A stretch of 64,000 nt of DNA, taken from positions 40,424,001 through 40,488,000 of the forward strand of contig CAIIXF020000001.1 of assembly GCA_903813345.2 (NCBI GenBank), written 5' to 3'. A program made the position numbers and the translations under genes. Positions 13,801-27,188 of the stretch are shown here, piece by piece. Source of the stretch: Owenia fusiformis. Its lineage: Eukaryota. The stretch's first letter is position 1. Each line of letters opens with the position of its first letter. The notes beneath the pieces are model-generated. The model saw only the letters and a list, made by a program, of their open reading frames with translations. It searched no databases and was not told the origin of the DNA.

Positions 13801-14292
13801 CATTTCTCTATGTTTCCGCACTGACCCCTTCCTATAACTCTATATACCATTGGAAAGCATAACCTCCCATAACTATATACAAATGGAAAGCAAGTTCATG
13901 TGAGCTCATTAAGGACAATCCTTCTCTACAGATTAGTCCTCAGAAACAAAAGCAAGAGACCAATAAAATGTAAAACAAATGATTGAGAAAATAATACAAA
14001 GGATTCATTAATTTCGAATTGCTTTTTGAACAATCAGACTTGTGCAGCCTGAGAATACTACAGAGGATGTCTAGACATTATAAAGCTACTAACACTTGGC
14101 TTTTTATGCAGTAATCCTTAATGCATTAACTTGGACTAATCAAAGCTGCTTTATAAATCTTCAATTAAATCTGCTCTAATCCCAGATGAATATTAATTAG
14201 GAAATCCTGATAATCTCCTTGAATGAGCCATGTGTATTACTACCAAGTGCCTGGTAGGAACAACTGTAAATGATGAGAATGAGGGTCATAAC

Positions 14293-14489
14293 GAGGCCCG
14301 TAGCCAGAATTTTCCAAGGGGGGGTTCGTTTTTCTAAAAAATTCTAGGGGGGGAGTTCACTTTGGCAAATATAGCCAAAAATCACTCAAAAAGTAATCAG
14401 AATGGTGAAAAACTGCATGATTTTGAAAGAAATTTTGGCCGGGTGGGGGTTCGCCCGAACCCCCGAACCCCCCCCCCCCTTCGGGCCTG
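14293..14489. mobile_element. MITE of the CAGGCCCGTAGCCAG family, copy 1
   Basis: Ends gaggcccgtagccag ... cgggcctg. Flanks ataac/atacc (5 bp, one mismatch). Internal sequence shared with 20115-20286. Confidence 0.85.
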
Positions 14490-15390
14490 ATACCTATAGT
14501 AAAACCTGTACATCCAAACACCTCTCTTACTCAACCATCCTAAATGTGAACATTTTTTCTCAGTTCCAATTATTATCTCTCACTGACTCACATATAAGAA
14601 ATCATGAAATGTGAACAAAAGCTAATCCAAATACTTTTGACTTTCCTATATGTTCTGTCTTGCATATGTACTCAGCAGAAGTTTATTTTGTCAACACCTA
14701 AACTAAGCCTTTTTTAACCAGAGGGCTGGGGTCCAAATTTGGGATATTCATTAGAGGTTAGTGATTAACTATAAACTCAGGGTATATGCATTCTCACCTG
14801 ATTCTAATACTGGGATAGGTTAGATCCATTATAAACATGTAGCATGTCAAACCCTTCACACAAACCAGACTTCATCCCAAAGCTTTAACCATCAGAGTCA
14901 ATGAAGGATTGCATGTTTTAGGACTAGTACAGGCGAAAGTAATTGGTTAATTTGCCAAACAAATTATCAAATGAAAGCTTATCTCACAGGAAATCGGGCT
15001 TAATCTGCGAAGGAACTGAAATGTAGTGACTAACTTGAAAAAGTCATGTTAGATCAACACGTAGGAGATTATCCTAAATTATTACACTAAAGCCTATTAC
15101 ACAAAAGATATTACACTTCTATCACTGGATGGAAAATTCCCACTTAATTTTTCATGAACTAGGAATTTTTGAAAAAGCTTTGAAAACTTCTACCAGAACT
15201 ATCCTTTATTTGACAATATAGTACCAAACTTTCAAAACATACGGGTATGGGAATTCTGCAACATTAATCAAAAACGAACCCCTGATCCTCATCAGCAAGC
15301 CATACCAACCTCTGAGTACGACAAGTAATTTTTTAATGAACAAACCCAATGAAAAGGGAACACCTCGTAGTTTTGTAAAACTGGGCTTAC

Positions 15391-15449
15391 CTATTGCAAT
15401 TGGTGTTATCCGCTACATCCACAGAATTGTCGTGACGTGCTCTCTTCAC
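15391..15449 (-). CDS. eya: Eyes absent-like gene, common 'VKR' exon (59 nt, phase 0 to 2): VKRARHDNSVDVADNTNCN(R)
   Basis: Acceptor ttttgtgtgatttcag and donor TAG|gtaagc. The opening VKRARHD parallels recalled Drosophila Eya VKRPKTD and EYA3/EYA4 VKKAK/VKKTC. Confidence 0.8.
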
Positions 15450-17943
15450 CTGAAATCACACAAAAGTTTTGTTAAATTTATATTTAGTACTTCAAGAAAA
15501 ATTATTGTAAATAAACATTATTATCCATTTATATCTGCATAATGTTTTATTTCAAACCAACGTATATTACGTTTGATACATTTAGATGTAAGTCATATTT
15601 TCCCCTCAAAAGTATAATTCTCCTCTCTATTTCAAATTCTGAAGTTTAAATTATAGTCTTTGGCACACAGAAGAAAATCTAGTAAACAATTGTTAAAATT
15701 CTTTTTGTAAGCACATTAATCAAAATGATCATGGAAGAAGGACGACCACAATTGTTAGATAATTAACTTATGCAGCTGCATTAAATAAAAGAGTAGCAAA
15801 CATATTTTTCAAATTAACTCTCAAATCTGTATTTTGCAGAATTTTGTTTTGTTTTGTTTTGTCTTTGTATTAGTGTAAAGTACCACACACGCTTGTACAC
15901 CATTTTGAAAAAATATCATTTTTCATACAAAGCAGCGAAATTGCTTCACTTTCTAGGATGAGCGCAATTAGCCAATTACACCCAGCTGCTTTCATGGGGA
16001 AGACAAATTTCTTGTTTTCAGTAAACTTATTATCGTTTAGTTAAATCCTCTCTGTTCTTCTAATTATTAGAGAAGACATTGGAGAACCCAAAAAAACAAA
16101 GTTACTGAAAAATGCCTTTATTTTCATTAATATCACCTATTATACTGATATATATTGTACATTTATGAGGTAGTAAATGAAGTTTGATAATAATAAAGGG
16201 AATGAATGGTGCAGTTATTATGGTATATAAACATAAATATCTTATGATGCCTTTAGATGTAAAATCAGAGATAGAAATCAACTTTCTCAAAAAATATGTT
16301 TCAGTTTCTCTAAGCAATCCTTGTCATTGTCAATTTTCTCAAAATTCGCAAAATTATCCTGGACTATGGTATTATTACAGATGAGATCACTTTGGGTTCC
16401 TTATATTTGGAATGATACAGGATATGTTTCTACCTTTAACTTGACAAAATATTTAACATGGTATACTGAAAACAATCTCCTTTCTTACATAGGTTCAATC
16501 ATTTCACCAGGAAATGGTGTTTTTTGGTTTTCATAACCAAGCTCCTTCACCTGGCCATGTACAAGGTACTGGAGCCAACAAAAGCTTGGGTGAATCTCCC
16601 GTACTCAATAGATGTGGCGGAACTGTCAGGCGAGACATTGTTATAATCAGGGGGTCTGTGCAATATGCAAGATCAGGTGTTACCAAGGAGATCAAATTTA
16701 CAAATATTCCCACACTTTAACATTAAACCATTCAATTTAAGAATGAATCTTTACATGAATGTTTTCTCTATATTACATTTAGACACGCTTTTGATTGCAA
16801 GTCCCAAAAATCATATACTGTACATGTATTATGATAATCTGTGAAAAATAACCATTTCAAGATGGACTTCATTTTTCCAACAATGTTTCATGTACTTGTT
16901 TGATTTTCTGATTATTACATGATGGAAAAGCATTGACAAATTACAGTCTGTTGTACCATAGATATAAAAAAAATATATCCATATTATAAAAACTAACATG
17001 CATGTCCATGTCAGGCTGAATGATGCTGTTTGAAAAGCGATTAGTATGAGATATATTGTTACAAACATACACGTCGCATGTGGTATTAGACACTTTTGCA
17101 GCCTTGTCTCTGTTTCACTAAAACCTATTCAATTTTTAATTAATAACTTCAGTAATTTAAGTAATTTTAATGAGATCATAAATTTATTACACCTATAATG
17201 AATGTCAGTAGAGTTTGGGAAACAATGGACTGTTACCTCATATAGGGTGCTTTACAGACATGTCCTGATTTCGTTGAGAATGTATAGCGCTATTGGACAG
17301 CTGTACTGCTCTTAGCTTTTGTTACGAAAGAACAAATGAAATTACTAACGAACAATCAAAATTACGGTTTTTAACATCCAAGTAGTAGGGGATCTAACGT
17401 TCTACAAAGCCCCACTGAACGAACGTGTAATTATCCCAGTTGAAACTCGCAATCAACCTTTTGTTCTTGTTAATGAAAAATGAGCCAATTACAATAAAGA
17501 TTTGCAATAAAGAAAACCATGTGAGCTCATTCCTTCATCACACAATAGAAGACAGTAGTTAGAACAATAGGAGGTAAAGAACTGACATCCACCGACTATT
17601 CAACATACAGCTTTTTGTTCCAGATTAACTCAGTGATTTCAAAAGATTTGTACCAGTGATATTCAATCTAATACTTATTTACTAGGTAACGTAGCATTTG
17701 GCATCTATGGATGCTACACTGTGATTACAAGTAATTAAATGATAACCGCCACACTGAAATGCCTCACTGTATATACCAAAATGGCTGCCAGAATGACTAC
17801 ATCGAAACAATTAAACTCTTTATTATGCTATACTACATCAAACCTAAAAATGTGAGACAATGCTCCATTTATCAACCTTTTCATTCTTGGGGGATCTCTG
17901 TATAACGAATCCTGTACTGTTGTAATGAAAATGTTGGTCTTAC

Positions 17944-18039
17944 GTAATAGTCAGGGACCTCCAGCTTCATCGATTGTTTCAACAGGTTGCTGTTTGCAAG
18001 TTTATAATACAATATCCAGCATTCCAGATCCTCTCTCAT
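17944..18039 (-). CDS. eya: Candidate alternative first coding exon of eya: MREDLECWILYYKLANSNLLKQSMKLEVPDYY (or from the second ATG at 17970: MKLEVPDYY), ends in phase 0
   Basis: An in-frame stop lies upstream of the ATG. Donor TAC|gtaaga joins the VKR exon in frame. A CCAAT box lies upstream. Confidence 0.6.
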
Positions 18040-18179
18040 TAATGCCTCCAATTACTTAAAGCTCTATTATTCTCCTTTTCCCAATCCAGTCTTGAAATCT
18101 CACTCTGATATTCAATCTGTGCCGATTCAATGTGAAACTGGAGATACTGGTGGTGTACCATGTAATGTAGCAGTCAGCT

Positions 18180-18270
18180 TGCTAGGGTAGTTTACAGAGG
18201 GAGGCCGCGACTGCCTTGATAGGCATCCAGCGCAACATTGCTGTAATCCGATTGGTGGAAATCCTAGCCT
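18180..18270 (-). promoter_or_regulatory. Candidate internal promoter for the 17.9-kb first exon
   Basis: CCAATCGG on the minus strand (ATTGG at 18251-18255). Locally GC/CpG-richer. A YY1-like CAAAATGGCTGC lies at 17777, just inside the following intron. Confidence 0.4.
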
Positions 18271-18314
18271 CCGTAACTAGGAGGTTACATACATACATAC
18301 ATAACTTAACTTAC

Positions 18315-18340
18315 CTCAGTGCCGTCATGATTAAAGTCAT
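18315..18340 (-). CDS. eya: Candidate 26-nt eya micro-exon (phase 1 to 0): (D)DFNHDGTE
   Basis: Acceptor ttttttgttagttgtatttag and consensus donor GAG|gtaagt. Ends in phase 0, in frame with the VKR exon. Confidence 0.55.
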
Positions 18341-20114
18341 CTAAATACAACTAACAAAAAATTTAAAGGAATGTTACAAAAATGATTACCATGTTTTCAG
18401 CATGCTGGCTTGTATGGGTCATCCTTGTCATGACTTAGTGGATTAGCGACTCTCATAGATATTAATGAAGTAGTGGACTTGGAACATAGAGGATGTGTTT
18501 GTAATCACAGGGGCCCTAATTAAGACCAGTCCAATATGTAAACACACAGGGGTGGTAGAATGAACACAACATGTTCCCACACTTTTACTCATCTCATGCA
18601 AATAATATCATTGTCAATACTACTCATGATCAGTGTATATTTCACTTCAAAAATTCAAATATTCAAAGAATTGATTTTCTTACAAAGTTGTTTTTATTCA
18701 ATAATGTTTTTTTAAGAAAATCAGTAATTTCATCCATTTGATGAGGACATATCAATAAAAAGATGGTTTCAAAAGAACAACAATTATATACTGTACTAAG
18801 GAAATCAATTTGTAATACCTTGGGAATTAATCTTCATCTCGGATTTATCTATTGTCCTAAATAAATAGAGTTATCAAGAGTTTACATGTGACAACACAGA
18901 CTCGCCATCAAATATAAAACCAGACAGAATAATCAGCAATGAGAATATATGGAAATGGGTTCTAGGGAAATATCAAAATTATCATATACGTTGTCATACA
19001 TCCATCTATACAATGTTAATCATGTACTATAATCTAGTATTTTGAATTATTGTCTCCAAAACCATGACCCCTGCTTAACCCTTCTATTCCAAATTAACCC
19101 CCCCCCCCCCCCCCCGCCTCCTGCCAATACCAGAACTAATGTGTTAGACCTGCAAGGAATTTGTTATGAAAAACCAGGATATAGACTTTAAAATGGTCAC
19201 TTTGATGTCAACTAATTAACTTTAATTATGCTCTATTCAACTAAATACATAAATAAACATATTAAGAGTCCATTCTTTATATTTCCTATTTCACTAGTTG
19301 TGATTACAGCCAATGCATGGTGTTAAAACAGATCTAAATATTATTCCAGAATAAAAGAAAACTGTTGCTCACATGTGAAGTAAAAGCATATAATACTCTG
19401 AGTACATAGTAAATTTAAAGAATTTCCAAATATGAAGATCGTGTCAGAGGCCTAAAATTCTACTAATTTCTGTTGAAAATACATACAAACGTGACCTGTT
19501 TAGAGTAGATACGTGACACTACACTTAAGCTTCCACCGTCAAATGATGTCATGAACTGTGAATACAAACTCAAATATTTTGTAAATATGCCTCTGTATAA
19601 CTGCAGTATAACTATGACAAGAAAAAAAGAAATGAAAAACACTGTCTTTTAGCAGTAAAATGTGTAATTAAATGAGATAATCTAAGGCAGATATTAGGAC
19701 TAAACAGTCCAAGCACAACCTTTGAGTACATCCTACTATCAAAAATTCCAAAAATCATTCCTTATCTTGGACCATCTATAGGCTAAATAGAAGGCCATAT
19801 TAAAACAAAAATAGCCTGTGGGGATTTAATCTTTTTACCCAAAACCATAATATTTTTCAGAAAGGAATGAAACTAATTAATATTTTTTATTATGAAGGTC
19901 TACATTTTTCCATTCCTAAACAGAAAGAGGATTATCTTTTATATCTTAGAGTTATATCTTAGAGTTGTCCCTTGGAGAACTGTTTTGTTTATAATCCATA
20001 ACTGTCATTTTTGTTCCTGTATATTGGAATAGCATAAATATAGCTGTAGCTGGTCATCTTCAGATGCATCTTGTTCCTTTAAGGTATTACATATGACTGA
20101 AGGAATACACTGGT

Positions 20115-20286
20115 CAGGCCCGTAGCCAGGATTTGCAAAGGGGGGTTCAAATATTTTGGGTGTTCACATTTGACAATTTTGACCCAAATATGGCTAAAAT
20201 CACTTGAGAAGTGCTCAAAATGGTGAAAAACTGATTTTGAAAGAATTTTTGGCCAGGGGGAAGGGAACCCCCTGGCTACGGGCCTG
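20115..20286. mobile_element. MITE of the CAGGCCCGTAGCCAGG family, copy 2
   Basis: Perfect 16-bp terminal inverted repeats (TIRs) caggcccgtagccagg/cctggctacgggcctg. 5-bp TSD ctggt at 20110-20114 and 20287-20291. Confidence 0.9.
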
Positions 20287-23200
20287 CTGGTGTAATAGTA
20301 TGCCCAAGATGGCTATTTAGAATTTAATGAAAAATCATGAAATGCTAAATGAGGGTGATGAACATACCCTTTGTACAACAGTATATTTATTATTCAACAA
20401 CTGATTTATATCATCTTTGACAAATACGACAAATCTCTTTCTGCAAACGGCTTAACACATACTGTACAATATAAATGGCCTGAATAAAGTCTTTATTATA
20501 CCTCAATATGATACCTCATCTACAAATGTACCTCAATATGATAGCTCATCTAGTCTCATTTCTGACTATAAGAAAGTTATAAACATAAATAAAACACTGC
20601 TTCTCATGCTAGTGTATATAAATGTTGACGCAACAAAGTGAATGTCAAATAAATAATAATCACATTATATCTGAGGTTTGACAACAGAAGTAGCAAATAT
20701 ATATATGCTACATATCTTTTATTTGTTGAGAAAAGTAAGTTACTATGTTGATTTTGCATTCCTATCTTGCCACCCCCTGGCTTTCAGATGTGATTTGCAT
20801 ATAAATCTACTGCTAAATGACTTGACAAGTTATATTAACATACTAATTACTCATTTAGATAAGTAAATTAAGGCACACTAACACTTACCAAAAGATAGGC
20901 TCTCTCTTGGCCATGTACAGCAAAGTCAACATTCCTCAAAATAAATCACTCAATTCATAAAAAATTTAAAATGAAGAAAAAAATAAAATGAAGAAAAATT
21001 TGATGTAAAGATGCTGTGGTTTGACAAAGTTAGCACCAGGTAAAGATATAAAAGAAATGGATAAAAGCATGTGTTTGTCATCTAAACATGATTTATTATC
21101 TTTGGCCCAAATGCTCTTAAGTAGGTTGCTATGGTAACAATTAAACTAAGCTGTCAAGAATTTTCGGGCAATTTTTTACCAACAATTTGCTTGAGTCTGA
21201 TGTCTCTTAAAGATAATACCATAACTTTCTCACAAAACTAGACTAAAAGAACAGTGATGTTTCTGAAATAAACCAATATACAAATTGAAACTTAATGGTA
21301 CTAAAGGTGCAGTTAGCAATCTCACTGATTTAATTAATTAATATTAATTACCTGGTTTAATGCATATGCAATAATAGAATAAAGCAAATGTAACATTTTT
21401 GAAAATTTAGAATATATACTAGTACTAAAACTGCTCTTTATAGCTAGACAACTGGAAATTGAACTAAAGAACAGAAATGATCTCTAGCTATATTATTACT
21501 TTGTAGCATGACCTCCTCTGGACTGAAACCAACCTCTATATCAACAATAAACACCCATCCTCATGTTTGAAAGAAAAATATAAAGGTCACCAAATGGAGA
21601 GTGTCTTTAATGAAAAATGACCTACTTATACACAACCCTTACAATAGTTCATGTGTTTCATTTTACTAAGCGTTTTAAAACATAACACATTAACGTGAAT
21701 GCTCATTAGAAATTGCATGTCAGAGCTAACATTTTAACATAATGCTCATGTAATAAATTGCTAAATCAATGTGATTACAAATAGCATAATGCAAAGTAAT
21801 TAGATCAAATAATAGCACATTATCACCATGGCCTGTAACTCAATGTTTCGTGCCATACCCACTTTCACTAAACCAGCCACTATGACAGATCCCCCTACTG
21901 TGGTTCTAATGATATTACTAGGAGCTTGTGTATGGTTTCCTTATAACAGAAATGGCTGGAAATCATTTAAATAGCCAAGATTTTAACATCCCAATTTCAG
22001 AAAATATTGGGTAAAACATGCACACAAAAATCTCCTTTTCAGTAATTAATTAATTAATGATAAAATAGATAAAGGTATATTCATTACATGATGTGTACTA
22101 AACTGAACAGGTCGAAAATGCTGAAAGTACTTTTTCTCAATTTTGATACATAGAGGAGAAACAGTCAGTCAAAATTGCAACTATAAATTAAGATGAACTT
22201 TTATAATAAATGGTAGATGAACATAGTTAGAGCGAAGGTGAACAAAATGCAGCCTTGATGCTTTCACTTGAGCACTGGGGTCCTGAGGCTTATATTTAGC
22301 ACAGTGGGGTGTCACTTTAATATGCACTCCTTTCATAGTAAATTCTTTCTTCAAGACTTCCTTCCTTTTACCCTTTTTAAGAGGTAAATGTCATCTTCAC
22401 TCTTCAAATAATTCTTTGATTTAGACTATCAGAATATGTTATCAGAAAATCACAACTTACTTTCTGCCTTTAACAAGTGAACATTTATTTCAAAATTAAA
22501 AGTCTATGAAATACCATTTGAGCTTGTTAAGATCTCATCATCATTATGAAAACTACAAAATAATCTATTGTGGTAAGAGGGTAGTGAATTTATCAGATTG
22601 GAATTCAGAGGTTTTAATAGGAGATGGGGGGACGCAAAGATCTAATTCTTTGAACCCACATAGATCATTATACCACTGATTGTTAATTAAAAATCATTTA
22701 ACATTTCTGTCAACTTTCATTAAACTGAATATTTGTAAAGAATGACTAGAAATTACTGGTCTTTCATCTAATGAAAAATGATGATATGAAGTATATTAAT
22801 CTTGAATAACAAAACATAATATGCATAAATTAAAATTGAGCAAAAAATGCAGGTTCGGTTGATATTTGAAATAGTGCTTGATAAAAGGTAAATAGCGAGT
22901 TATTATAATGATTAAAACAATATCTCACTGCAATTCAATGAAGTAAACATACGACCCAATAAAATCTCATTTCTTCACTGGCCAAAATGAATAGATTCAA
23001 AGAAACGAAAATTCATAATAAACTGGAAAGATTTATGAAAAGGGTCCAAGGATTTCAAAGTTTTCTCTGTATTAGAATCAGCAGATGTTGGACTGTGGGA
23101 CACAAAAGAATCCTGGGGTCTAATTATTAATGATTAGACTGAGAAGTTTGATTTTATTCACTGGTCTTCATCCATAAAACTTTCAAATACTCACAAAGCC

Positions 23201-26200
23201 TTGTCCACATTGAACATCATATAGAATAAATCAAGGTCCAGTACATATCCAACTTTCTCCCTCATCAGGCATCGGATAACAAAGAATCCAGAGGTGCCTC
23301 AATATTAAACCATTGTGATTTGCCCAGCTGTAATTTTGGTATGAAATTCTTCTTGGGTTAACTGTTAAGCCATAATGTTTATTAATCTCATTTTTATAAA
23401 TTGTTGAATATTTGTTGAAAATACTGAATGTGGTCTATTTATATATACCAAGTGAATACCACCTACAATACACAGATTAACCCTAAAGTCAGTACATTTG
23501 ATTAAAAAATCAAAGTTTAATGCAATACTACAATGAACATCTTAGATAACAATTGAAAGGTCAAATGTGGATTTACGTGTCTGCATAACAGTGCTATTGT
23601 TCAAACAACAAAATTTTCCAAAATCATATCAATAAAAGTAAGCACATTTAAATAACAGAAATGAGATTATCTAAATCTACCCCATAAAAACTATTCAATA
23701 AAAGCAAGTTAAAGAATATGTTATAAAATGTTATTTCTGTGACACTGGGGTCTAGACTGTGACATTAATCACACTTAAATCCACTAAATATCACTGAATG
23801 AGCTTCAAGTTTTATATAAGTGCGATCTGATCAAACTTTGTTCATATATCCCAAAGTCAGAAAATAAACAATCCTCGTATAGTGTCCCTTAACAGCTCAG
23901 TCCTAATTCATCCCAATTCCCTAAACTAATTTTACAAATATTTTCTCCATCATTTTTTCCATCAATCACTAATCTGATTTATTGGGGATGTTCTTGTCGT
24001 TTGTTAATAAGTCTACTTACTAGGAACAACGTGTAATGTCGTTTGTGGGCAAAATTAAAAGCAGAAAATGGATTCCGATTCCCTGAATCCCAGAAGTCAT
24101 TTCACCTCGCAACTTCATAAAATTCCATATTATTTTGCTCTATTTTCATAACACAACTAATTAATTGAATACAATACATTTCCTATCTTTAATTCCTGAA
24201 GAACTGACATTAAAAAATAAGAAAATATTTAAAGATCTAGTAGAGAATTATTAGAACAATTGAGCATAGTTGTTTTATAAGGGACATAGCCCTAACCACG
24301 CCACTAAACTAGTTATATGATGAACTAAATTAAGTTACTGTCAGTTTTCATGATTTGACATTCAAAATCAATGAAATAATTCCTGAAATGAATTTTTCAA
24401 AAAACTAATATTATTTATGTTATTAAGTAGAAATTTGACAAGGTCTATTAATAATCAGCAATTTATTTATTAAATCATGACAAAATTATAGTTATTTTAA
24501 CATCTTGAATTTAGTGTCTGCACATCCTCACTATATTTCATTTTTAACTTACAAATAATTAGAAAATGTATGAAAATGTAAATAAGTTATTTGAGGTATG
24601 AAGAGTTATACGCCACCACAATCTTTCACAGATAAATCACAAATTCTCCTAGGTCATCTTGGCGTCAGGACTTTCAATATAAAACATTGAAACTGTGAAA
24701 GAGCAGTTAGTTTTAATGCATAGACATTGAAACATGCTATATACAAGTGATGCTTAAAATTGCTTGTCATCTTAAATTTTTTATGATCTCAACTGGGAGA
24801 TTGGGGTACTTATATATGATGCTATCGGGGATAGATACATTAAAACACTTTGTCACCTTTAGTTAGTCAATAAAGAGGAAAACTAGCAGATCTAAGATAA
24901 TACAAACCAAGCAGTGATTCCACAAAGAAAAATTGAATACTAATTGACAAATTTAATGAATATGAATTCTTTAATTATTCTTTCTTTTAAAACATTATTA
25001 CCAACTGTCTCCTACCTCAAAATCAACTCATTACGGGGAATTCAGTCTTTTAACTGTTCCTTTTTCTAGAACCATGTTGCTAGTTTGAAAACAAAATATG
25101 TGATGAGTTACAGAATAAAATCAACCAGGGATTTCATCAACAAAATTCTAAAAAAAAATTTGTGAAAAAATTCTCAGATTTAACGTGAACAATTCAAGCA
25201 TTTAATTAACGTAAATAAAATTAATAACAACATCTGAATTGAAAAGTCGCATTGTTATTACCTGTAACTAACACTTAGAAAATCTCAGAAGTCATAGACA
25301 CAAATAGGGTCATTACTAAATACAGCCATTCACAAGATTATCATATACGATTTCACCTGCTCCAATTCCAGTGTTTATATGTATATATCCATGATTTAAC
25401 TGGTCCAATGCAATAATCAATTGTAATTATAATTCCTGTTGTCTACTCTTATACTCGATTCATTAAGCAGTATTATATCACACCACCTTGAATATTTGTT
25501 ATAAATCTCTAAGAGAATTCTCCAGTAGCACCTTACTGGTATACTGTATACTATAATAGGCTGACTGGCTCAAGTAGACTTAAGAAGTCCTCGACAAATC
25601 TTTGTTCTCCGGGCTAAAACATATTGACACTTGAAGACAAAGAGTGTGCAATTGTTGTAGTAAAATGAGTAAAATAATTCTGTTGTTTGTGTGTTTGTTT
25701 ATAACATTTGTGCTTTTCCCTATGTGAAGCATTCACTATAGAGAATCCCACTCTTTTGGAGACAAACCAAATCACTGACTTCACTATGACATTCACAATG
25801 TTATGATATCTCTCATGAATAAGAACTAACCAGAGGATAGATTTTATATCAAATAACCCCCCTACCTTCTAAGATTCACATCCTTGTAGTGTTCTGATAC
25901 CAAGCTTCGTGTTTATACTCCTAAATATTAGTCCAAGTTCAAAATGATGCGAGCTTTCAGAAAGTTCTGCCTCAATTATGAAGCTCTCAACATAAATGAA
26001 CTGAACACGAAACGAAACGTGTGAGTATTGAAAAACTATTGAAAATCCAGTAGCAGGGCTATGGCAGTGTATTGTAGGCCGGCTAGGTATTGAGTGAATG
26101 TATGGGTATAAATCACCTATATCTTCTAACTTCACTAGGCATTTTCACACTACCAACAACCAAGCTAGCCAAGTGGAAAATAATGGAGTAGTTGAATTTG

Positions 26201-27142
26201 CATTAAACATAAAGTAGTACATGCTTTGTGAAGGGCCTACTTGACATGCGGACAGACTAACAAAGCAATATGAGCAATTCCTTAACTGTAGTCAACATAA
26301 ACTTAAGATTATTATTGCAAATATCTCATGAATTTTAATGAACGTTTCAATGTATTAAAACATGATTGAATTAAAAAAAAGTTAGATATAGTCATTGGGT
26401 GTTAAATGAAAATGTGTTTAAACCTTACATTAATATTACCTTTACGTAATATTAATCATATCATTAACTATTATCTAAATTTTCTAAACAAGTTTTTTTA
26501 ACACATTCTTCACATTCTTGATTTTTAAATAGTTTATGAGTTTTTAATGAAAATATTTGGACGATGTTCAAATATTTACATGCACAAAACCAAAGACTTG
26601 AACAAGGTAGATGCAACAAAATGCAATAGAACGGACTTGTCTTTGATTTCAAGAATATTGTCTTCCAATATTTCATGTGCAAGGATGTCAAATTGGGAGT
26701 TACATAACACAGAAGTAGTGCCATCTATAAAATTTTCTAAATCCGGTGCTATTAGGAGGGTGGGTCAAAGTCGTCCATCAAATGGCACAAGTTCATCTGA
26801 TCCTATATTCCTAACTCATATTTGGCTGTCAGAAGGTGGTTCTATCTATGAGGCCAGATAACCCCTCACCTTCCCAACTCTATACAAATGGCTGTTATTG
26901 TCCACTCCAGTGACAATCTCATTCAATGGTAGACTACAGAATCTCGACTGGCATTATATAAAAGCAAGAATTAGAATTAAATAGCTTCACAAATTTAAAA
27001 CGATAATGCATGGTTAAAATCAAGGTTTTCAACAAATCAAAGAACAATGGCAATGACTACCCATGTAAGGAGTCGTTTTCTTTAGTTGAAAGTATTCCAC
27101 AATAAGTCATAACTGTCGTTAATTCCACATTTTGTATCTTAC

Positions 27143-27188
27143 CTGATATGAGCGTAGATACAGTGAGAGTGCTCTGGTGTCTGCTCAT
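27143..27188 (-). CDS. Candidate upstream eya exon: MSRHQSTLTVSTLIS + G, ends in phase 1
   Basis: Strong donor CAG|gtaaga. Phase fits the 26-nt micro-exon. The 5' boundary is uncertain, and the junction could instead be a recursive AG|GT site. Confidence 0.35.

Noticed and set aside
20889..20932. Possible first exon MLTLLYMAKREPIF with a GTAAGT donor
   Set aside because: It ends in phase 2 with TG, so it is out of frame with the VKR exon and creates TGA with exon 9305-9420.
26547..26861. 104-aa plus-strand ORF and the other short ORFs in the track
   Set aside because: No recognisable domains or consistent splice chains; their lengths are expected by chance in AT-rich intron sequence.
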